This document shows, in pieces, positions 16,752 to 23,760 of a DNA stretch of 32,000 bases. Origin of the DNA: Candidatus Saccharimonadota bacterium (GTDB taxonomy: Archaea > Nanohalarchaeota > Nanosalinia > Nanosalinales > Nanosalinaceae); assembly GCF_029232205.1 (NCBI RefSeq), contig NZ_CP107255.1, positions 630,001-662,000 on the forward strand, written 5' to 3'. The translations under genes were made by a program, and so were the position numbers. Under the pieces are notes generated by a model. The model was not told where the DNA came from. It saw nothing but the letters and a program-made list of their open reading frames with translations, and made no database searches. Every line of letters starts with the position of its first letter. Position 1 is the first letter of the stretch.

Positions 16752-16822
16752 GCCGGGTTGGCAGAGTAGTTATGCGACCGCCTGCAGAGCGGTATACCAG
16801 GGTGCAAATCCCTGGCCCGGCT
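16752..16822 (+). tRNA. tRNA-Cys (anticodon GCA), 71 nt, no encoded CCA, no intron.
   Basis: Hand-folded cloverleaf. Acceptor GCCGGGU/GCCCGGC is 7 bp including one U-G pair. Anticodon stem is ACCGC/GCGGU with loop CU-GCA-GA. T stem is CAGGG/CCCUG. The discriminator is U, the known Cys identity element. Atypical points: a 3-4 bp D stem, a D loop AGUAGUUA without GG, and a T loop UGCAAAU instead of UUCRAAU. Confidence 0.8.
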
Positions 16823-17397
16823 TCGCAGCATCAAAAATTCTATATAATTAGATTTAGACAATCACCAAAACATATTGATTTAGCAACTTAGAGACGATAT
16901 TAACGGTTTTAAGCAAATAAAGTATTTAAACGTTTTTCAACAAGTTAAATCTATAACGAGGAAAGTTCCTCGTTTAAAGACTAATCACCATAGTCTGATA
17001 GTTAAAAAGAAAATAAACGGCGTCCCGGGGAGCGTGGTTGAAGGTCAGCTCCGCGGGACTATAAGCCATCTTAACCTTACCAATTCCTATCGTTACGCCA
17101 AACCGAATAAAAATCGGGTAACTTTTTTTGAATGGTTCGGTCATATACTGATGACTCAGCATATGTGTGGACCTTTAGTTGTGTTTTGTCCACACTTCCT
17201 TCTATTCACTTTAGTCTTATAATCCTTCTCCAATTGAAGTCAAGGCATCTCCCCCACCCACCCCTCGGTTTCAACTGAAGTTTTATATAGTGCCTCTAAC
17301 TTGGCCAAATTTAGAAATAAAGCACCCTCTCAGTACTCACCACTTCAAGTCTCGAGAATGGTTTTTTACCTGTAAGCGATAAGTCCTAGATTATAGG

Positions 17398-17889
17398 ATG
17401 TCACGAAAAGATCGGCTTGAGGTCCATGATTTTCCTGGTGAGAAGAATTCTCTGAGGTTCTGGACTGATATTTTTGGTTATACAAGGACCTTCAGGAATA
17501 TTTTGCTGGCCACTGTTTCCCGTTATCTGCCTATCCGGGCCAAGAATTATACTTTGAGAAGGGTTGGCGTGGATCTTGGGAGTAACTGTTCTATTGCTTT
17601 TGATGCGACTATGGATCTTTTCAGGCCTGATCTGATTTCTATCGGCGATAACACTATTGTCGGTTATGATTCTGTTATTCTTACTCATGAGGCCTTGCAG
17701 GATGAGATGAGGATAGGTGAGGTTGAGATAGGTGAGAATGTGATGATTGGTGCTCGGTGTATCGTTCTTCCGGGCGTTAAAATCGGTGATGGAGCTACTG
17801 TTTCTGCTGGCTCTCTGGTCAACCGTGATGTTGAGGAAGGAGAGTTTGTTGGCGGTGTTCCTATCGAAAACCTCGGAGATAGAGAATAA
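17398..17889 (+). CDS. Hexapeptide-repeat (left-handed beta-helix) acyl/acetyltransferase.
   Basis: 163-aa ORF. The hexapeptide-repeat region ISIGDNTIVGYDSVILTH...VEIGENVMIGARCIVLPGVKIGDGATVSAGSLVNRDV...VGGVPIENL is typical of the WbbJ / maltose O-acetyltransferase-like LbH family. Confidence 0.8.
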   Translation: MSRKDRLEVHDFPGEKNSLRFWTDIFGYTRTFRNILLATVSRYLPIRAKNYTLRRVGVDLGSNCSIAFDATMDLFRPDLISIGDNTIVGYDSVILTHEALQDEMRIGEVEIGENVMIGARCIVLPGVKIGDGATVSAGSLVNRDVEEGEFVGGVPIENLGDRE

Positions 17890-18448
17890 TTATAGAGGCC
17901 GCTGTCAGGATTCCTGCAGCGATCATTGCGGGCCCGTTTTCCGGAGTGTAAAGCCGTGTATGAATTCCGAGCGTGTAGTCAACTAGATCGTTGATTATGA
18001 ACCATGATGAGGCTGCGATGAAGGCCTTGATATCGGTTTTTGTTATGTCAAGTATGATTAAGGCCTGTGCTGCCATTCCCACGTGTGAGAGTAGTAGGAA
18101 TAGGTACATCCAGAGAGGATTGCCGGCGTAGAATATTTCGTGGTAGTATATGAGTACGAATACTGTCCAGAGGCCGTATTTGAGGTTCCCTATAACTGCC
18201 AGGGCCTCTACCAGATTATTTCTTTTATCATGCGCTATAAACGCGAAGGTGAGTACTGCAAAGAGTGTTGCGAGAGGGGAGTCAGGTATGAAGGGCCATA
18301 GTTGTATTGGGTTGGCTGCTAGTTGTTCCTGGTAGAAGAAGAATCCGAAGGCTGTTCCTGCTACGTTTATAGCAGCTAGATCTAGAAGAGTGTCTTTCTC
18401 CATCAGTGTTTCTTTGAGTGTCTGCCATTCCGGGATTTTCTGGTTCAC
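17861..18448 (-). CDS. Polytopic membrane protein, DUF1405 (YpjA)-like.
   Basis: 195-aa ORF with about 5 hydrophobic segments. The motifs NVAGTAFGFFFYQEQL and FIPDSPLATLF match my recollection of DUF1405. It converges on the acetyltransferase gene with a 29-nt overlap. Confidence 0.6.
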   Translation of the reverse strand: MNQKIPEWQTLKETLMEKDTLLDLAAINVAGTAFGFFFYQEQLAANPIQLWPFIPDSPLATLFAVLTFAFIAHDKRNNLVEALAVIGNLKYGLWTVFVLIYYHEIFYAGNPLWMYLFLLLSHVGMAAQALIILDITKTDIKAFIAASSWFIINDLVDYTLGIHTRLYTPENGPAMIAAGILTAASIIILYLRGFR

Positions 18449-18480
18449 GGTAACAGTATTGAATTTTAGGTTTCTTTAGA

Positions 18481-19260
18481 GTGATTATGGCTGATACAAA
18501 CCAGGTTGTTCAGACAGTGATCAGGGCAGATGAAAAGTTCTTTATCGCCAGGAGATCCCGTGATGAGAAATGGGAGTTCATCGGCGGAAAAGTTAGAGAG
18601 GGAGAAAGTCTTAGAGAGGCCTCTATCCGGGAGATCGATGAAGAGACCGATGTAGATCTCGAAGGCCAGATCAATAATTTTGAGACTGGTGAAAGCTATC
18701 AGAGCAGAGATAACGAAAAATATACTTTGAATCCTGTGTTGATTGAGGTGAAAGAAGAGTTCGAGGCCGAGCTTTCAGAGGAGCATACCGAGTATGAATG
18801 GATTGATCTCAAGGAGTTCTATCAGTACGATTCTCTCGGCCAGTACAAGGCCCTGGAAAATCTAGAGATCGTGAACGGGGATGTTTCGCTGGCTGTTGCT
18901 CGTAGAGGCCTGATGTATCTTATGTTGGAGAGGTCGGATGAGAACTCAAGTTCCGGGAAATGGACTTTTCCTGGCGGAAAGATTGAGGACGATGAGTCAA
19001 AGCGTGAGGCCGTTCTCCGGGAGCTTCGTGAGGAGACCCAGCTTGACGGCGAGGTTGTAGAGGCCGGTGACCCGTACATCAGCGAGGGCGAGCTAGGTTA
19101 CTGGCGAGTCTACCCTTTCCTAGTAAGCCTGGAAGATGGAGAACCTGTTCTTGACTCCGAGCATTCTGATTTTATCTGGGCTCAGCCACCCGGCCTGAAG
19201 TCTATTGATACTCTTGGAAACCTGAAATCTCTTGAGAAACTAGGTGTTCTGGATGGTTGA
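18481..19260 (+). CDS. Tandem double-Nudix hydrolase (two MutT-like Nudix domains in one polypeptide).
   Basis: Two Nudix boxes (GX5EX7REUXEEXGU): GGKVREGESLREASIREIDEETDV (18583..18654) and GGKIEDDESKREAVLRELREETQL (18973..19044). Each is preceded by KWEF/KWTFPGG. The track start is GTG at 18481, and ATG at 18487 is an equally plausible start. Confidence 0.85.
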   Translation: MIMADTNQVVQTVIRADEKFFIARRSRDEKWEFIGGKVREGESLREASIREIDEETDVDLEGQINNFETGESYQSRDNEKYTLNPVLIEVKEEFEAELSEEHTEYEWIDLKEFYQYDSLGQYKALENLEIVNGDVSLAVARRGLMYLMLERSDENSSSGKWTFPGGKIEDDESKREAVLRELREETQLDGEVVEAGDPYISEGELGYWRVYPFLVSLEDGEPVLDSEHSDFIWAQPPGLKSIDTLGNLKSLEKLGVLDG

Positions 19261-19654
19261 TTTCAGGGCCTCCACAACTGTAGTCTACAACTCGCGGAAG
19301 CAGAAGTTTCTGCTGGTGAAGAGAGCCGACACAAAGGATAGAAACCCAGGCCTGTGGGAGTTTCCTGGCGGCGTGGTAGAGGAAGATGAGACTCCTAGGG
19401 AGGCTGCGATCAGAGAGCTTCACGAGGAGACAGGGCTTAAAGGAGAGATTTTGAAGACTGGTGACTCCGGGATAATCAATGCTGATATTGGAGATATCGA
19501 GATTCATCCGTTCCTGATTCTTGTGCAGAGCACGGATGTGGAGCTTTCCCGCGAGCACACAGATTTCCAGTGGATTTCACGTGAGAAACTTGGAGAATTT
19601 GAAACAGTTAAAGGCCTTGAGAAAGAATTAGATGCGGTAGGGATCGAGAGATAG
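19253..19654 (+). CDS. Nudix hydrolase, MutT-like.
   Basis: LWEFPGGVVEEDETPREAAIRELHEETGL. The ATG at 19253 overlaps the upstream stop (ATGGTTGA), which suggests translational coupling. The track alternative is GTG at 19244. Confidence 0.85.
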   Translation: MVDFRASTTVVYNSRKQKFLLVKRADTKDRNPGLWEFPGGVVEEDETPREAAIRELHEETGLKGEILKTGDSGIINADIGDIEIHPFLILVQSTDVELSREHTDFQWISREKLGEFETVKGLEKELDAVGIER

Positions 19655-19657
19655 GGC

Positions 19658-19663
19658 TTTTTT
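19658..19663 (+). terminator. Oligo-T tract, candidate archaeal terminator after the Nudix gene.
   Basis: TTTTTT lies immediately after the stop (TAGGGCTTTTTTG) and before the LamG promoter-like element. Confidence 0.3.
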
Positions 19664-19670
19664 GAGAAAG

Positions 19671-19682
19671 ATTAAATTCCTA
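19671..19682 (+). promoter_or_regulatory. Candidate TATA-box promoter element of the 1061-aa LamG gene.
   Basis: ATTAAATTCCTA ends 21 nt upstream of the ATG at 19704, which would give a leaderless or very short-leader mRNA. The 12-mer is identical to the one upstream of the gene at 3297..6302. Confidence 0.4.
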
Positions 19683-19703
19683 CACTCTTGAAATCTATAC
19701 AGG

Positions 19704-22700
19704 ATGGCCTTCCAAAAACCTGTATATCTTCTAATGCTTTTTGTAATGTTTATTTCGACTGTTGCAGGTTCTCAGGCCTTTTACAGATTTGATGGCAGTT
19801 CATCCACGGTCTCTGATAGTTCAGCTAACAGTAATGCTCTGGAGTTGTCTTCTTCAGCTATTTCTTTTGATGGAGAGAATGATTACATGCTGGGAGAGCT
19901 TCCTGATTCTGTTGCTGGAAATGAGTCCTGGACTGTTTCTTTCTGGATGAAGTATCAGTCTACAAGCTACAGACAGTGGGTTTCCGTCATAGGTACTGAG
20001 CAGAAGAATAATGCAAGCCACTGGTTGATCAAGTCAGGGAATCAGGCCCAGTTTGGTTTCTGGAGCAGCACTCAGAATGATTTCAGTCTTGATTCTTATG
20101 AGGACGAATGGGCTCATGTCACAACTGTCTACAATAAACCAAACTCAAAGCTGAAAACCTACGTTAACGGAGATTTGAAGGATGAAAACACTGTTAACGA
20201 GGATCCACATCTGAAAGATGGAAAGGTATCTATCGGTAGCGGAATCTACGGTGGCAGAAACAAGTTTGAGGGCCAGATCGGGGATTTCAAGTTATACAGC
20301 GCTCCTCTCAGTTCCAGAGAGGTAGAAGATCTTTACAGGTATTCTGTAGTTTCTGAGAAACCTCTTCTGCACTGGCCTATGGAAGAAGGTTTCGGAAAAA
20401 TTACGGATGTATCAGGTAATTATACAGGCCGGTTTTTCTCTACTGATTCCTCTCTAGTCTATAATTTTGAGGATATAGAGGCCGATAAGGTTGAGGATAG
20501 ATCCTCTAATCAGAATACGGGCCAGCTCAGGAATATTTTAACGGGTTCGGTAAATGGGACTCAGAGAGTGACGGGCCGGAGAGGTAGGGCTCTGGATTTT
20601 GATGGAAGTACTTCTGACAAAGTTGTTCTTTCCGGTGATTCTCTTGACGGCCTTGAAAGCTTCTCTATATCTCTCTGGATTAAGACGAGCAAGTCCGGAA
20701 CACAGGGTATTGTGAGCGGAGCCAACTCAAATACCGATAATGCTCTTGTATTTTATCTTTACGATGATAATCGGCTGCGTACCTACCTGAACAATAATCA
20801 GAATACCTATGCTACTCCAAGCCTTGAGGATGGTTCCTGGCATCATCTTGGCTGGGTTCGAAACAGTTCAGAAAATCAGGAGTACCTGTATGTGGATGGC
20901 GATCTCATGGACGTCAGGACACCAGGATCCTCCAACCCTCTTAACATTTCTACAGATGGCCTGATGCTGGGCCAGGAGCAGGACAGCGTTGGTGGAGGTC
21001 TGACCAGCGGCCAGGCATTCGACGGAAAAATTGACGAGGTCAAGTTCTTCAATGGCACACTTACTAGTTCAGAGATATCACTTCTCTACGAGAGAAGCCC
21101 CGATAATCCTGGTAACTCTACCTCTATGAGTGTGACTATGGATTACAGGAATTCCACGCATTTGTTTGATACTTCTTTCTATGAGAATCATGCTGAGGCC
21201 TCCGCCGGAAGTTCTACCTCCTTGAACAAGTCTGAGTGTGTTGTAGGCCGTTGCCAGAACTTTGATCAGGGCGATTTCTACGAGCTGGATGACAGGCCTT
21301 CGCTTTCAACGGAAAAAGGTTATACTGTGATGTCATGGGTATATGCTGATTCTGCTTCTGCTGGGGAAGAGGAAAGAAGAGTTTTCCGGCATTTTGGCGG
21401 AGACAGTCTTTTCCAGATCTGGAGCGATGATAAAATGCATTTCTACCAGTCAGTTGAAGGGGATCTTTACGCTGTTTCTCATAGCTGGGACTTTCCTCAT
21501 GAGGAGTGGCATCACGTGGCAATGAGTTCTTACTACAATAAGTCATCGAATCAGACTGTTCTGAAAAGCTTTCTTGACGGCGAGTTAAAGGCCACAAGGA
21601 CGGCTGCTGGGAAACCTGATGGCGCCAGTGATAGGCCTTATATTTCATCAAGCTTTGATGGCAGGCTGGATGAGGTCAAGTATTTCAGAGAGTCTTTGAA
21701 CAGTTCCGAGATATCGAATGTAATCCGGCTTAATGGGACGGACAGAGTGCATAGAGGTATGCCTGAGAAAACTCTTGATCTAGGTTTTGACAGGCCTAAC
21801 GGTTCCACGGCTTACAGCCATGCAAATATTGTTTCAGGAGTGAATGGGAGAAGCCTGGAGTTTAATGGATACAACGATGCTGTGGATGTTCCTGACAGCG
21901 GAAGCCTCAAGTTCGGTGATGAAATTACAGTGAGCGCTTGGCTTAACTTGGACAGCTATGACTCCAATAAGGAGCCCGGACGCGGTTCGCATCATATCTA
22001 TAAGTCCGGTTCTTTCGGAATGGTTACCAACAACAACGATATCCATGGATGGATTACAGATAATGGTTCAAGGAGAAATGTTTTCGGAAATAACTGGCCT
22101 AGAAACGAATGGTTTCATACCGCGATAACATTCAATGGATCAGTGGTGAAAATCTATCAGAACGGGAATTTAACCGGTGAAAGAACCTATATCGGCGATA
22201 TCTCAAACAGCACCAATACACTTAGAATAGGTAATGCCGGAGGATTCAACTGGGGAACGGACGGACGACTGGATGAAATCAAGATAATCAGAAAATCCCT
22301 CAACCAGTCACAGATCAAACACCTTTACAGAGGGCAGAAGGCCTCTATAGCACAGTCCACAGGATCAACTCCTATGACTGGCAGAACAGGTCAGGAAGGC
22401 CTATTCAGCTCTTCAAGTTACAGATTTGACAATTCAGGAACTTCTGGAGAGGTCGAAGACATGTTTAATCCTTCTGAAAACTTCAGTATTTCTCTCTGGG
22501 CCAGAAAGAACAGCGAATGGGGCCGCGGTAACGGTTTTCTCTGGAAAAGTTCGGAGGGCAGACTATTCCTGAAAGAGGATTCGCGCGAAATATTTGGTGA
22601 TGGTCTCGTCTTTGGTTATCGGAGGGATGGAAAATATCGTCTTCTGAGCCCGGTTTACAGTCTTGAGAAAGGTAAATGGCACCACATTGTTGCAGGGTAT

Positions 22701-22889
22701 TCTCCGGAAAAAGGCCTTTCTCTGAAGGTTGACGGCAATAGCGTTGATAGCGAGCCCTCTATTTCTGAGAATATTTCGGGCAGTGCAATTGGTTTTGAAG
22801 GGTCTCAGTTCCTAGGAGAGGACTGGAATGGTAATATCGATGAGGTTCGGATCTTTAACAGGTCAAACGCTGAATCAGTCTTTAACTAG
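19704..22889 (+). CDS. Secreted multi-LamG protein, 1061 aa (five LamG domains, Sec-type signal peptide).
   Basis: Signal-like MAFQKPVYLLMLFVMFISTVAG/SQAFYRFDG. LamG C-terminal motifs GQIGDFKLYSAPLSSREVEDLY, GKIDEVKFFNGTLTSSEISLLY, GRLDEVKYFRESLNSSEISNV, GRLDEIKIIRKSLNQSQIKHLY, GNIDEVRIFNRSNAESVFN. Confidence 0.88.
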   Translation: MAFQKPVYLLMLFVMFISTVAGSQAFYRFDGSSSTVSDSSANSNALELSSSAISFDGENDYMLGELPDSVAGNESWTVSFWMKYQSTSYRQWVSVIGTEQKNNASHWLIKSGNQAQFGFWSSTQNDFSLDSYEDEWAHVTTVYNKPNSKLKTYVNGDLKDENTVNEDPHLKDGKVSIGSGIYGGRNKFEGQIGDFKLYSAPLSSREVEDLYRYSVVSEKPLLHWPMEEGFGKITDVSGNYTGRFFSTDSSLVYNFEDIEADKVEDRSSNQNTGQLRNILTGSVNGTQRVTGRRGRALDFDGSTSDKVVLSGDSLDGLESFSISLWIKTSKSGTQGIVSGANSNTDNALVFYLYDDNRLRTYLNNNQNTYATPSLEDGSWHHLGWVRNSSENQEYLYVDGDLMDVRTPGSSNPLNISTDGLMLGQEQDSVGGGLTSGQAFDGKIDEVKFFNGTLTSSEISLLYERSPDNPGNSTSMSVTMDYRNSTHLFDTSFYENHAEASAGSSTSLNKSECVVGRCQNFDQGDFYELDDRPSLSTEKGYTVMSWVYADSASAGEEERRVFRHFGGDSLFQIWSDDKMHFYQSVEGDLYAVSHSWDFPHEEWHHVAMSSYYNKSSNQTVLKSFLDGELKATRTAAGKPDGASDRPYISSSFDGRLDEVKYFRESLNSSEISNVIRLNGTDRVHRGMPEKTLDLGFDRPNGSTAYSHANIVSGVNGRSLEFNGYNDAVDVPDSGSLKFGDEITVSAWLNLDSYDSNKEPGRGSHHIYKSGSFGMVTNNNDIHGWITDNGSRRNVFGNNWPRNEWFHTAITFNGSVVKIYQNGNLTGERTYIGDISNSTNTLRIGNAGGFNWGTDGRLDEIKIIRKSLNQSQIKHLYRGQKASIAQSTGSTPMTGRTGQEGLFSSSSYRFDNSGTSGEVEDMFNPSENFSISLWARKNSEWGRGNGFLWKSSEGRLFLKEDSREIFGDGLVFGYRRDGKYRLLSPVYSLEKGKWHHIVAGYSPEKGLSLKVDGNSVDSEPSISENISGSAIGFEGSQFLGEDWNGNIDEVRIFNRSNAESVFN

Positions 22890-22903
22890 CATAGAAGTAA
22901 AAT

Positions 22904-23320
22904 ATGTTGGATTCTAAACTATTGTGTGAGCAAAAAATGATTGAAGTTGCAAAGGCCGTTACATATCATCCTGAGGACGGCGAGTTGTTGATTGTTAGAA
23001 GGTCAGAAAAGGACTCTAATCCTATGAAGTGGGAGTTTCCTGGTGGAGGAGTTGAAGAGGAGGATGCCAGGATGACAGCTGAAAGAGAGCTGCATGAGGA
23101 GACAGGTCTGAAGGGAGAGATAATTGAGAAATCTGCAGAGGCCGAAATAATTATAGATAATAGACAGTTCCGCTTCCACGTGTTTCTGACACATGTAGAA
23201 TCAAAAGAAGTTGAGCTAAGCCACGAACATGTCGAGTACGAGTGGATAAGTGTTGAAGAGGCCGAAAACTTTGATACCGTGGATGGCTTCGAGAAAGACC
23301 TGGAGGCTGTTAATCTATGA
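22904..23320 (+). CDS. Nudix hydrolase, MutT-like.
   Basis: KWEFPGGGVEEEDARMTAERELHEETGL. The C-terminus HEHVEYEWISVEEAENFDTVDGFEKDLEAV is paralogous to the C-terminus of 19253..19654. By alignment to that paralogue, the internal ATG at 22937 may be the true start. Confidence 0.85.
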   Translation: MLDSKLLCEQKMIEVAKAVTYHPEDGELLIVRRSEKDSNPMKWEFPGGGVEEEDARMTAERELHEETGLKGEIIEKSAEAEIIIDNRQFRFHVFLTHVESKEVELSHEHVEYEWISVEEAENFDTVDGFEKDLEAVNL

Positions 23321-23760
23321 GTAGAGAAAGTTTTCGTACAGTGGTCAAGGCCTTGATCACTTACAGAGGAGAAATTTTGATTGGTAAAAAAGAGGAAGAA
23401 GAAGGCCATCCAATCAGCGGAGAATGGCATCTTCTGGGAGGCCACCTTGAATACGGAGAACAGGTCGAAGAAGCTATTGAAAGAGAGGTGGAAGAGGAGA
23501 CAGGCCTTGAAGTTGATGTGCATCAGACAGTGGATGTAATGACCTTTGCATGGAGTGATGGAGAAAAGGATTCTCTTCAGATAGTTTTCCACTGTGAATC
23601 CGAAGAAAAAGATGCCGAGGCCCTTGATGATCTTTCAGAGGTTAAATGGGTTGAACCCGGCGAGATAACAGATTTTGTTCACTCGGAGGAAGCTGAGAGA
23701 CTTGAGGAACGGAAGGATCAGGCCCAGTTCCTTGAGAAAATGGAGAAAGCTCCTTTCTAG
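23317..23760 (+). CDS. Nudix hydrolase (a subtype distinct from the three upstream genes).
   Basis: GGHLEYGEQVEEAIEREVEEETGL. The start overlaps the upstream stop in an ATGA 4-nt overlap. Confidence 0.85.
   Translation: MSRESFRTVVKALITYRGEILIGKKEEEEGHPISGEWHLLGGHLEYGEQVEEAIEREVEEETGLEVDVHQTVDVMTFAWSDGEKDSLQIVFHCESEEKDAEALDDLSEVKWVEPGEITDFVHSEEAERLEERKDQAQFLEKMEKAPF

Noticed and set aside
16656-16765. The 13-nt direct repeat as att sites of an integrated element targeting tRNA-Cys.
   Set aside because: The repeats enclose only about 84 bp, with no integrase or cargo. The duplicated part is the 5' end rather than the 3' end of the tRNA. At most it is a remnant, so it is reported only as an observation.
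16637-16891. 74-aa (minus) and 76-aa (plus) ORFs.
   Set aside because: They overlap the tRNA-Cys gene and its leader. They have non-ATG or implausible starts and no coding-like composition.
16974-17222. Two overlapping 62-aa ORFs on opposite strands in the long spacer.
   Set aside because: They are mutually exclusive and show no motifs or acidic bias like real proteins here. They span the strong hairpins, which are better explained as non-coding structure.
17251-17264. G-quadruplex on the minus strand (GGGGTGGGTGGGGG).
   Set aside because: There are only three G-runs and no fourth run nearby, so a canonical intramolecular G4 is not supported.
21214-23592. Long antisense ORFs (145 aa at 21214..21651, 208 aa at 22966..23592).
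   Set aside because: They lie antisense to the well-supported LamG and Nudix genes, have S/L/C-rich atypical composition, and show no motifs.
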